A stretch of 55,785 nucleotides of DNA from Octopus bimaculoides (taxonomy: Eukaryota), in the NCBI RefSeq assembly GCF_001194135.2, contig NC_068989.1, positions 43,113,767 to 43,169,551 of the forward strand. The letters are read 5' to 3'. The position numbers were made by a program, and so were the translations under genes. Positions 12,750 to 24,240 of the stretch are shown here, in pieces; position 1 is the stretch's first letter; each line of letters starts with the position of its first letter. The notes beneath the pieces were generated by a model, which was given only the letters and a program-made list of their open reading frames with translations, did no database searches and had not been told where the DNA came from.

Positions 12750-13415
12750 TTTTTCAAGCATACGGGCATAGTCTGAAATTAAGGGAAGGCAGCTGCTGGG
12801 CTAAACTCTTTTAATATTCGACTGTTTCTTTATTTTAGCAATCTCGGATGGGTGACACGCAAAGCTGTCCTCGGTGGAATTTGAAATCAGAGCAAATACA
12901 GACGGAACAAATACCTCAAGGTATTTTGTGCGATGCTGTAACGATCTTGCTAATCCACTATCATAAATATATAATTAATAATTGCCTCAAATTTAGGCAC
13001 AAGGTCTGCAATTTTAAGGGGAGGGTTAGTTGATTACATGTATCTCAGTACATGACTGGTACTTTATTTTGTCTATCCCGGAAGAATGAAAGACAGAAAT
13101 GATCTCAATAGGATTTGAATTCAGTCGGAAATGATTCCCTAAACAAATTTTCGAGTGCTCCTTTGATCCTGCCAATCCATAGATCAAAATGTATATTTAA
13201 TAATCCTTTCTACTATATGCATAAGACCCGAAATATAGTGGGAGGAGGATAGTCAATTACATCAACCCCAGTGCTCAAATGCTACTTATTTTATCGACCA
13301 CGAAAGTATGACAGACAAAGTTGACGTAGGTGGAATTTGAACTCAAATCACAAAGCCAGAAGAAATATCGCTAAACATTTTTGTCCAGCGTCCAAACGAT
13401 TCTGCCATCCTACCG
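12750..13415 (-). mobile_element. Three head-to-tail diverged SINE family B copies (about 12750-12965, 12980-13170, 13210-13415)
   Basis: Each carries the reverse-complement B-box (GGAATTTGAA/GGATTTGAA) and the AAAG...GTCGA/TACTTTATTTT body. Confidence 0.75.
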
Positions 13416-14289
13416 TTATAGTATTGTAATGCTACTCCTGCTGATTATTCAAAATACTTTTCAGTTTATTAAGAATGAAAATGTATACAAATACAATCAA
13501 AACCCCTTTTTAAGTCCTTCAAGTGCAAACAAAATATATTTATAGTAATTTCGTAAATGCACACATAAAATAAATATGAGCTTTATCATTTTCTGCTTAA
13601 ATGAAATGAAGGACGGAATTTCTTTCCTTTTTTTTTTTTTGTTGTTGTTGATCTGATTTTCTAAAATCAAAAATCAAAGGAGTATTATTTTAAAAAATAA
13701 AACGCATGATAATAAAATAAAAGTTAGATACAGAGTTTTACAACCCGCGTTTAAATGTATAAGTGCCGACATATTTATCTGTTTCTTTTATTTGGCAAGT
13801 AGCCATTTCAGTATTTACACGATTTGCAAAATGGATGAGGAGGTGGGTTCTCAGCATTTGTAATAACAACATCCTCAATAACACGTACTAGCACAAATTC
13901 CCAAGTATTTTCAAAATAAAAATACAGACACTTTAAAAAAAAATTAACACCACAAAAAATCCCAACAAAACTTTAAACACGTAGAAATACACACGCAAAA
14001 AACCCCTTCGGATAATTTTATCTTTTGAGCATCAGAGATTAAAAGAATAGCATGAAATTATATTTTTGTTTTTAAATCAGAAATTGATTAGTCTTAGTGG
14101 GTACACAGCTGCTTAATATTTTTTCATGAGTGCGTTTACGAATGTAAAAAATATGTTGTTGTATATAAATACACTTCGTTTGCATTTGAAGTATACATTG
14201 TATTCGGGCTAAATTTGATAGTAAGCATATCCACAATATCCAAGAATAAAAGTATTTTAAAATGTCTAAAAATATCAGCTAGATTATAT

Positions 14290-14690
14290 CTAGGGGACAA
14301 CAGAAATTAAGAAGCCAGAAATTGGGGCTGGTGAAATCGTAAAAATTCTCCGATAACCACCTCTGACTCTTTCCGGAAGTATGGCAAGGAACCGAATTCT
14401 GTTACCACACATGGCGTTTCAGTAGTAAACCTCTCCAACCAGTGATTAACCACAACCTCCAGCAGCTTCACGTAGCTATCTGAATTGAGCTTAGGCCCTT
14501 GTTCAAATAGGTGAAGATAAACTTCTGCTGGCCATGGCTTCGTAGTTTCCGTTGCAGCTGTTCATGTCACACCTTATGACCTCTTCAATATCCACAAAAC
14601 ATTGAGCAGCAGTCATGATATCGGCATTTTGATGACGGGTGCTAATCATCATGATAGGGTGAATCTTTTCCAACATTAAGAAAACTTCCA
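14290..14690 (-). mobile_element. Internally deleted mariner/maT (DD37D-like) transposase remnant
   Basis: N-terminal MISTRHQNADIMTAAQC...SCNGNYEAMASR joined directly to HLFEQGPKLNSDSYVKLLEVVV...QNSVPCHTSGKSQRWLSENFYDFTSPNFW. Confidence 0.75.
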
Positions 14691-15169
14691 GTTTTCCAAG
14701 TCAGTTAATTTTTTCTCAACATCTTTAATCCTTATGCATTTTAACACCATTGACTGTTCACCAAGCATCAATACATTACCAATACATCTGTTCCCGGAAA
14801 AATAAAGAAGCCATAAAAAATCGTCGAATTTATCCCAAACGCCCAGTTTAAACATTATGTATGAAAACAGAAACATTACGAACAATAATAGTAACATCAC
14901 CGACAGCAACATTTATTCTTTTGTAAACGTTCTTGGCCAAAAAATGCAACTCGACTGGAACCAGCTCAAAAAATACGCGAACTATGTCTCAAAGCAGTGC
15001 TTGTTTGCCCAACCCTATGAATTTATCTATGAAAGGCTGAGAAGCGGGGTGACGTGTCTATAGGGATCCATAAGCTCTCGAAATGAGTTGGAAGAAGCCT
15101 TACGCGGTATGTAGTAGAATGTATGCTCTATCGATGGAAACAGGAATATGAAAGCGTGTCAGTTTAGTC

Positions 15170-15290
15170 TTTCATCTTTTCGGGGCCGATAAAGTAAAGC
15201 TACTAATCAAGTACTGGGGTCGATACTATCGAATAAACCTGCCCCTCAGAAACACTGGCTTCGAGCCTAATTTAGGAATCATTACTATTA
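15170..15290 (+). mobile_element. SINE family B, 3' fragment
   Basis: TTTCATCTTTTCGGGGCCGATAAAGTAAA...AAGTACTGGGGTCGAT. Confidence 0.7.
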
Positions 15291-15439
15291 TTACTATTAT
15301 TATTTTCATCAGAAAAAAAAACTGTATAAACCATTGTCCCGTGTAAGAGCAGATTTGTAATTCACTTGTGCTCCATTCCTGGGGCGTACACTTGTTAAAC
15401 CCTCTCTAAACGTTCCATTAACTGCAGTTCAACATCAGA

Positions 15440-15900
15440 ATGTAAAAACTAAAATAGAGCCTTGATCTCTATGCCAGGATATAAAAAAGAAATTGTAAAT
15501 GTATGGAGTATTGCTCTCACATCTGGAACGATACTACTGCTTCACACACAAACAGCCTATATCGCATTCAAGAAAAAGTTATCCCACTAATTTCTGTTAA
15601 GTCACTCCCAGATACTCTCCAGCTTTTAGTCCACAGACTTACTGTCTTTTATATCAGCCTTTTCTACTGCTAGTATGATAGTTTTGCTCCTAGGAACTCC
15701 CTGCTCAGGTACTCCACTTTCATTCGTCTCTCCTCCTACCATCATCATTGTTGTGCCTGACCTATAAGGCAAAGCACTAATCACTACGTTCATCCCTTTC
15801 TCCTCAGAACGTCGGTTCTCCGGAATTCCAACATTGCTCATGTTTTTCTCATAGGTGTTGACTTGCAAAGCTTCAAAAGAAACTCTAATGGTATCAATCT
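15440..15900 (+). mobile_element. CR1/L2-type LINE, RT C-terminal remnant
   Basis: MEYCSHIWNDTTASHTNSLYRIQEKVIPLISVKSLPDTLQLLVHR...SLFYC*Y...VDLQSFKRN matches the MEYCSHIW...LDRIQ...L.HRR...SLFY pattern. Confidence 0.8.
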
Positions 15901-17241
15901 CGCTTGTCTAGATGTGCCTACAAAGGATAAGGGCACTTCCTAGCAAGTAAATATAAATGAAATATTAATGACCTGTAAGGACACCGTATTTAGTTATGGA
16001 AATATAATATACTACAAAGTATAATAACCGTTTTTATAAGTCAATAATGTGTTCTACTCTGTTAGCAGTGCTATTACATCACTTGTAGAGATAACCTTAA
16101 CAAGCTATATAAATTAGAAGGGCCCATCATTTTAACCGATGATCTACAGACAATAACTTATTGAAAAGTAGTGAAAATATTTCAAAAACAAAGCAAAAAA
16201 TGAGGAAAAAATTTATTCTTACTGCATATGAAACTTATTTGGTATTAAAATTGCTTTTTAATATCGGAAGATCTGGTCGATTTAAACAATATTCACATTA
16301 GAAATATATTCACTAAATCATTGTCATCTTTCACAGCTAACGGTCTGTGTTTACAGCAAAATATATACAGCAACATAAAAACTTTTATAATTTTTTTTTC
16401 GTATAGCTGTCTGCACCAGGAAAAACAAACCATATATTATCCTTATGTTATCAATTGGTGAATTTAATAGCGGTCGGTATTGTGACCTCAGATTTGACAG
16501 TGTCATGTCATCTTAAAAAATGTTATTTGCTTTTATTTTTTTTTAAATTTCCATTTTACTTAAATTACAATTCAGTTACAGTAAATGTATTTAGTCATTG
16601 TTTTCTTTCTTGATCTCATCAGAATTGCGAGAGTGTCGTTATTTGGTTACGTCTTTGCACGTTTTGTGTTTAAATCCCGCTTGGATTGATTCTACCTTTC
16701 GCTCTTTCAATAAAATAGGCATCAGTCATGTTCTATGTTCAATTCAATTGACTGTCCCTTTCAACAAATTTGAAGCCTTTTGTTTGCATTAAAAAAAAAG
16801 GATTTACACAAATAAATAAACTCACACGCACACACATACATATAAATGTACTATCGCGAACATAATATCTTATAGAAATATATCTCGCTGTTGTTGGTGT
16901 ATATGTGAGTTACATTCAGGCGTGTGTTCGCGCGCAACGGTGTGTATCTGCATGTGTTCGTGGGCAGTTAGTGTAGCTCTATAGAGTTAGCCTACTTGAA
17001 TTTGTAAAGGGACGACATTGAAGAAGTTATTTATTATGGATGCGCGTTTACATGCTGGTCTCTACAAATATGTCCATCTGTTTACTTGTATGCCTGTGTA
17101 TGCTGGATTTAAAGCCAAAACGGTTGCTTGAAATCATAGGCGATTTTAGGGAACAGGATGGTTGGCAATTAATGAGGTGCTTTTGAAGGAAGTGTCATAA
17201 TACAGTCTATGGGTTCCAGTATCTGCCACATGACACGGAAC

Positions 17242-17277
<36 letters not shown>

Positions 17278-17509
17278 ATGTGTATCGGGGCAGTTGTTAA
17301 AGTGTGTGTGTAAGCGTAGTCAGAATACTCGTTCTGTGAGTGTACGTGTGTGCATATGTGTGTGTGTGTGTGTTGTGCAAAAGACTCTTTGATACATTAC
17401 ATCTGTAAAACCGACGATAAAGACAAAAATAGCTCTGGACTTGTTCTAGTTTGAGATCTTTTTATGATAAAATTTGGTCATATGATTAACACTGATTAAA
17501 CCGTTTGCG

Positions 17510-17950
17510 ATATGTAGTCGCGTGTAATGTCTGGATATGCAAATACCGATGAAATTCGAAGACAAAGTGATTGCGGGAATGTGCCCTGTAGTGAGTGTAA
17601 AGAGAAAGGGTTAAAGATTGACAGTGCAGGACTAAAGTCCAAGCTGTTATCCATCTGGAAGTAAGGTTTCTTTGAAGGCTTTCTTCCTACAAGTACTAGA
17701 AAAGCTAAAAGGAAAGGAACGTCACAGACAGGGCCAGAAACAGCATGCCACAAAATTGCTGTTCTCAGAGCACTGTCAATCGCAACACCGAAAACGGAGA
17801 AGGGAGTTGCTTTGCCTTTAGACCCAACAGCCGAGCTAGTAACTATGAAACTTAGGGGCAAGAAACTAAGCACTGCTCTTTCCAGTATTACTATCCAATC
17901 AACTTGTTATGATGAAGATGAGTTGGTAACAGAGAACCCCACCCTCAGGG
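17510..17950 (+). mobile_element. Probable AP-endonuclease domain remnant of a LINE
   Basis: VACNVW, LKIDSAGL, EKGVAL, LVTMKLRGKK, QYYYP, CYDEDE fall in the order of APE motifs (WNV, IDI.GL, GVA, KL+GK, Q.YAP, D-E); frame nearly open with one stop. Confidence 0.45.
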
Positions 17951-18393
17951 AAAATTTCGACTCTTCGATGGCCCAATGATCATTGATTACTAAACCAATT
18001 TAGTGTATAATATGAACAATAAATTCTTGTTAATATTTTAGTTGACGAAAAATGGATAACCAGTAAGAGCTACTTTGAAAAGGAAGAGTGGTAGGTATCA
18101 CTGTAGCAGGAAAAGAATGTTTGAAAAATTATCCTCAAGAGAATGTAAGACGATCCACAATCCGGCTGATCTAAAATCTTTCCTACTGGCAGTAGGAGTG
18201 GAGAAATGCAGTCGGAGCCGTGGAGTTCGTCGATCCAACGCAATCGCTGTTCCAAGTTCAATGCCACTACGTGACAACTTGGGCAAGAATTATTTCAAAT
18301 TTGCTGTAACTTTACAAATTCTTCTGACGTCAGCTCTATAAACACACACACACACACGCACACACACACGCACGCACACACACATATGTATGC

Positions 18394-18439
<46 letters not shown>

Positions 18440-18832
18440 TCTCGGTTGTTGCTCCCCGATAACAATGTTTATGAATCAAAACGCAATTCTAGCTTAACAT
18501 ATCAATAATTCATTGAAAGTCGTCTGTGAAAAGAAGGGAAGATACGAATAGAATTATCGATCATTTGCAAAATAGAGAACGACTTTCTTTAGTGGTAGAG
18601 AATCATGGACTAAACGGTTATTGAAACAATGGAATCAAACAATGAAATCAATCGAAGTAAACAATCGGAAGACTAAGAACGAAATGAACAAAATATATGA
18701 ACAGAAAACAAGAGCAATCTTGAGATCAAAAAGAGGGGAAAGGCATTAAATAAACATGTGAATCGTCTGTTGATTCACTATGTTCAAAACTCCGCAGCAC
18801 ACACATACGCGCATACTCATTCAAACGTGGCG

Positions 18833-19680
18833 TGGATGTGTTAGTAGCTTGCTTACCAACCACATGGTTCCGAGTTTAGTCCCACTGCGTGACACCTTGA
18901 GCAGGTGTTTTCTACGATAGCCTCGGGCCTACCAAAGCCCTGTGAGTAGATTTGGTAGATGGAAACTGAAAGAAGCCTGTCGTATGTATGTATGTATATA
19001 TATATGTGTGTGTGTGTATGTATGTATATTATCAATCAGTTTCATTTCTGTATTTCTTGTCCATAGAGAAAGAGCCGGACTCTAACATAGATTCAAAGCT
19101 CCTTCATATGTGTATATTGAACGCTGTGAAGCACGAACTGGAAGGAAGCGGGTCGAAGAAGAATGTTCGTCTGTGCTTGGCGAGGCCAAGAATGAAAAGA
19201 ATTAGTAGCAGGACACATGTGACCAGCGAGGGGTAGGGAGAAAGAGTGGTAGAGGGAGAAGAAGGGGAGGAAGTACAATATAAGTGAGCAAAGAGAGATA
19301 GATAGAGAGAGAGAGAGATTGTAGTGACGGGGAGAGGCGAAGAACAGTACAAGGAAGAATGAGAGGGGGAGATGTATGTATGTATATATGTATGTATATA
19401 TGTATGTATCTATGTATGTATGTAGGTAGGTTGGTAGGTAGGTAGGTAGGTAGGTAGGTAGGTAGGTAGGTAGGTATGTTTGTGTGTTTGTGTTTGTTCC
19501 TCACCACCGCTAGACAACAGATGTTGGTATGTTTACGTTCTCGTAACTTAGTGGTTCGGCAAAATAACCCGACAGAATAAGTACTAGGCTTTCAAAGAAT
19601 AAGTCCTGTGATCGATTTCTTCCAATAAAGGTGGTGCTCTAGCATGGCCGCAGTCAAATCACTGAAACAAATAAAAGAAA
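18833..19680 (+). mobile_element. SINE family A split by ~500 bp of expanded microsatellite and nested sequence
   Basis: 5' half 18833-18985 (CATGGTTCCGAGTTTAGTCCCACTGCGTGACACCTTGAGCAGG) and 3' half 19490-19680 (CACCACCGCTAGACAAC...CACTGAAACAAATAAAAG). Confidence 0.85.
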
Positions 19681-19705
19681 TATATACACACACACACACA
19701 CACAC

Positions 19706-19760
<55 letters not shown>

Positions 19761-19868
19761 CAGAAATATTCATGTATTTATAAAGAATAAAAAGTTTTGA
19801 ATGGTACAACAATGCACTATAATACAAAAAAATGGACTATATACTTGTAATTTAGTTATCTATAGTCC

Positions 19869-19903
19869 GATGATATTTCGGAATAAAATTCCTTCTTCAG
19901 ATC
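19869..19903 (-). ncRNA. Minimal type I hammerhead ribozyme candidate
   Basis: Minus strand GAT-CTGAAGA-A-GGAAT(TTT)ATTCC-GAA-ATAT-C-ATC: core, 5-bp stem II, palindromic stem III, 3-bp stem I. Confidence 0.6.
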
Positions 19904-21594
19904 TTCTTAGATGGAGTTTCTGCTATAAACTGTTTACTAACGATTTTTTTTTCCGGAAGTGACGCAGTAGTGGTGTCACGAAACTCCTTCCAGAATTCCT
20001 CTTGAGAAGTCTGTGAGGTCGGCTATGTTTCAATCTCGTGTGTGTTGGTATATATGTAGCACAGCTTCTAAGTTATGTGTTATACGTGCAGCTCTGTTTT
20101 TTTTTTTATATATATATAAACAATACATGAGCATTTTATTAAGAATTAACCTACGCGCGTCCAGATGTAGCTAAATAATATATTGATTACCAATCGCCAG
20201 CCTGTTGTAAATTTGGGGTCCTAGTCTGTGTATGAGTAATGCTTCCTTAATTCTTGAATTACCCAAATTTCTTTCATTGTCCTCAATTGTGACTGTTATG
20301 CTTTTATGTATTTATATTTTTATATATGTCGTTATACAAGTAATTGTATCTGCATTTATATATGTCTGTGTATACTGGAACGCACGCAAGCACACCTTGG
20401 GGAAATCTTGTATTATATCCCCAAGCCGATCAATGCCTTGTGAGTGAGTTTGGTTGATGAAAAGTGCGTGGAAGTCCATCATACATCCATACATACATAC
20501 GTACAACTCGTACGTTACAAATACAATCTATGAGTGAAAAATTAAAATATGCAACACAGTGTTTTTGTTAAAGGCGGTGCATCAGCGTAATTCCAGTCGA
20601 CTATACCTCTATTACAAACTTGTATTTATGAATTTTTTCTTTCTTAACATGATACAAGGAATTTTCTTTTTCCCAAACTTTTTTCCATTACTCAAACGGA
20701 AAATTAATTAATTAAAAGTGCTTATGGGGAGAAAATATTAAACAAAGAAACGAGGGAGGTATCGCATAGTCGTGAGATGTGCTGAAAACAGCAGCTAAAT
20801 CACCCTTAAATTACACACAAAGTGTATTATTTTCTTTTTTCATAATTTCTGTGTATAGAACACAAATTCGCAAAAATATTTAGAAAATTCAAAAACATAG
20901 ATAAGTTACAAGGGTTTTTTAAAACGAAAAGTAAATGAATCTAAAAATAATTTTTTTCAATCATTTTCCATTACACACAAAGAAAAATATTAAATGAATT
21001 TAAAAGCAATCTGTTTTTTAAAAGATTCCACCTTACCCCCAGCATTTCCAAGGGCATTGTGAAAAAAAACAATCTGAAAATTTCCCGTCAAAACGGAGAT
21101 ATTTCCAGTTTACGTGGTCATCCCATTCCGGAACTCCACCGATATATGAGAGAGAAGAAAAGGGAAACGAGTTGTAACGTTGCGAATTTGAACGTCACGG
21201 CTGATCTATAGCTATGCTAACCACAACATTAAAGCATTTGATCTATAGCTATGCTAACCACAACATCAAAGCGTCATAACCAGACCGGCTAAATTAGGAA
21301 GCATAAACTGTATGCTAAAATACTAGTACCCTGCCAAGGAAGGTTTCAGAGACTTACTTGTTTATATTGTCTACTTAAATTGCATTTCGAGTGATGCCAT
21401 ACTTTCTTCTTCATTTTCTATTTTAACCTATATCCCCCGCTCAAGGAGAAGCCACTTCTAACCACCTTTAGCAGGCATTCTCAGTTCCACGTTTTTCAGT
21501 TGCTGTTCAGCGCGGAATACTCTTTGCTTCAACAATAAATCTGCAAAATTGACGCTTGGAAGGATTGAAAAAAATGGAACAATGGATTTGATAG

Positions 21595-21881
21595 GGGTAT
21601 TTGGCGCATGGTCGTGAGTTCGATACCTGCAGTGCGTTGAGTCCTTGAGCAAGACTTTTTATCTCACGTTTTTTCAGTCCGCTCAGCAAGCGAAAAAAAA
21701 TGAGTAGTACCTGCATTTCAAAGGGCTATCTTGTCACATTCTGTGTCACGCTGAATCTCCCTAGGAACAATGCTATGACCAAGCGTGTCTGCAAAGTGCT
21801 CAGTTACATGCACGTTACTTTCACGAGCAGGTTGTTCAGTTCATCGGATCAACTGGAACCGACTTGACCGACAGAGTGCCA
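21595..21881 (+). mobile_element. SINE family C, near full length
   Basis: GGTCGTGAGTTCGATACC B-box, GTCCTTGAGCAAGAC, and 3' end GGATCAACTGGAACC...CGACAGAGTGCCA; reverse 3' copy at 49888-50015. Confidence 0.85.
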
Positions 21882-21898
21882 TATAATATAAACATATA

Positions 21899-22290
21899 CA
21901 GGGTGCGGTGAATATATTGTCGTCTAAATTACGCAAAAATGACACTAACACAGACATCTCATTTTAACAGATATATTTACCAAAATTACATTAAAATATC
22001 TTGAAATACCAAACAGTAAATTTATTCAATAAATTCGTCATTGGCTTCAACCACAACCTCCAGGCGACTTCGGAATCTCCTGAATCTCTTCCAGACGGTC
22101 TCCTTGTTTAAGTTGGTGAATGCTGCCATAATCCTAGTCTGTGGTGATACAAGGAGTTTTGTTGGTATCTCTTTCAACCGCGCCCCACACATAATAATCA
22201 AAGGGGGTGCAGTCTGGAGAGTTAGGTGGCTAGATGTTAGGGGTGATGCGGTCGCAGAAATTGTCCAACAGCCATGACTGGAAATAATAC
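21899..22290 (-). mobile_element. Mariner/maT transposon 3' end with terminal TIR
   Basis: TA|CAGGGTGCGG terminus; minus-strand QSWLLDNFCDRITPNI*PPNSPDC...DYYVWGAVERDTNKTPC...FRSRLEVVVEANDEFIE*. Confidence 0.88.
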
Positions 22291-22394
22291 ATTTCTAAAT
22301 CTCTCAGAGAGATTTATGCAGTAGTAATACGATGAAGTAGTTGTATGCTGTCAACTTAATGTGACAGTCCCCTAAAGGGAATAATACTACTGAT

Positions 22395-22624
22395 ACTACT
22401 GTTGATTAGACCTAGGAAGCTGCACCGCTTCCTGTCGGCCTTGACAGATTTTCTGTCCTTATGTTTACTCCAGACTGAGGATGAGCAAAGACTCAGAAAC
22501 ATGTCTCTGGATGCAGGCTTAGCTGGGTGGAGGTGCTTGTCTCCCCCTTGTAAACATAAGGACACAGGAAATGTGTCGAGGCCGACAGGAAGGGTGCAGC
22601 TTCCAAGGTCTAACCAACAGTAGT
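22395..22624. repeat. Inverted repeat: arms of 74 and 75 nt with an 81-nt spacer
   Basis: 22395-22468 versus reverse complement of 22550-22624 differ by 5 substitutions and 2 small indels. Confidence 0.95.
22469..22511 (+). ncRNA. Type I hammerhead ribozyme (minimal, palindromic stem III); predicted cleavage after C22505
   Basis: TCCAGA-CTGAGGA-TGAG(CAAAGA)CTCA-GAA-ACATGT-C-TCTGGA: 6-bp stem I, CUGANGA core, 4-bp stem II, GAAA, GUC triplet. Confidence 0.85.
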
Positions 22625-22884
22625 CAGCGCATTAATAAAGAGTCATTCTTCATCACAAAATATAAACCCCTTTACAATGCATCCACCAAAAATGACTTTA
22701 CCACCAGAGGCTTAGAATAACACGCAAATATTAAAAACGATATATTCAAAAGAGTTACTTGACATAAATTTATTCAGAATAATTCCAACCGCTACTATTC
22801 CAACCACAACGGGTCACTTTTAGTTCACTTGACCATTTAAAAGGATTCCACCTTGAGCTAGCTGGCATTGTGCCAAAATTTGAA

Positions 22885-23052
22885 ATCACTATTCAGTCAT
22901 TTCTTTGCGTCTTCACGCTCTGAGTTCAAACTCAACCATGCCTTCATGCTTTTGGTGTCGATAAAATAAGTAGCAGTTGAGTCCCGAGGTCGATGTAATT
23001 GGTTTAACTCCTCTCCCGAACTTTCTAGCCTCGTGCCAATATTTGAGACCAA
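22885..23052 (+). mobile_element. SINE family B copy
   Basis: CTCTGAGTTCAAACTC...GTCGATAAAATAAG...GAGGTCGATGTAATT...CCTCGTGCCAATATTTGAGACC. Confidence 0.8.
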
Positions 23053-23353
23053 TATTTAATGACTTCTTATTTCACAGGGTCGATCTTGATTTTACTCGTC
23101 ACTCACAAGGATGTGGAATATGTATCCCTGCACACTGAGGTTGCTGAATCCTTCTTATTGTAATATCGCCACAAAAAATATTTTACGATTACTAACCTGG
23201 TACCATGAAGTATGCCGCATTGCTTCGTCTTCAATGTGACTTCAGTCAAAAACCAAAAGCCATCAGAGATCCCAATCTTCACAGTGAATTCAATACGAAC
23301 TATCCTAACATCCTTGGTATTGAATGAGGTTGTCATTTTCATCCTTTGACAAC

Positions 23354-23950
23354 TACGAAGATTCTTCTTCCTCTTCTTTGAGCGGTACATCGGGAAATCA
23401 GTAATCGCCAGTTACCATCGTCTCTGACCAACCTGTTTGCTTCTTCCTGGGAGATGTTCAGTCTGCGAAGATCTTTGAAGGTACTACGCTGTCTTCCTTG
23501 GCCGGCCTCTTTGTTACCTTCCACCAGCATCCAGCTCATAGCTGTTTTGGCAAGCCTCTCCTCTGGCAGATTTAATGTGTCCAGCCACTCTCATTCGTCG
23601 TTCGCTTACAATTGTATGCAAGGGTCTTTTTTATTGCTGCTTGGAGAATGGCTTCATTTGTTATTCTGCCTCGATAAGTGATTCGTAAGATTTTTCTGAG
23701 GCACCGCTGATGAAATACGTCGAGTCGGCGGGAGATTTCTCCTGTCATCTTCCAGATCTCAGCTGCATAGATCGCTATTGGCAGTATTGCTGTTTTGTAC
23801 AGACGAATCTTCAGCTCTATACTTATGTTATTGCTACACCAAAATGTTGTCAGTCTTCAAAATACTACGAAGATAGCGTCATCTGGCAAGGAAAGATGCG
23901 GAAAGATGGCCATTCCATCAATATTTTCCATATCTGTTTGTGGAGACTCA
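23354..23950 (-). mobile_element. RTE-clade LINE, 5'-truncated 3' fragment
   Basis: ISIELKIRLYKTAILPIAIYAAEIWKMT...LDVFHQRCLRKILRITYRGRITNEAIL...SERRMRVAGHI; GAA-rich tail. Confidence 0.9.
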
Positions 23951-24124
23951 TGGTTTATTGGTTAGTATATTCGGATCTCTGATCATAAGGCCGTGGGTTC
24001 AATTCCCCGACAAAGTCCCATAGTGAACGCATTTCATGTTCTAGTATGCAGCAGTGCGTTATAAGTATATGTACACACCTTTACACACACACACACGGAC
24101 ACGGACACACGTGTATGTGTATGA

Positions 24125-24125
<1 letters not shown>

Positions 24126-24217
<92 letters not shown>

Positions 24218-24240
24218 TGTGTGTCTGTCTGTGTCTGTGT
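24126..24240. repeat. (TG)n microsatellite, about 90 bp pure
   Basis: Direct inspection. Confidence 0.98.

Noticed and set aside
14857-15063. 68-aa ORF MYENRNITNN... as a gene
   Set aside because: Short, low complexity, with no recognisable motif or splice context; may be a decayed transposon.
17496-17873. 125-aa minus-strand ORF as a novel gene
   Set aside because: It is the antisense shadow of a plus-strand frame better explained as a LINE endonuclease remnant.
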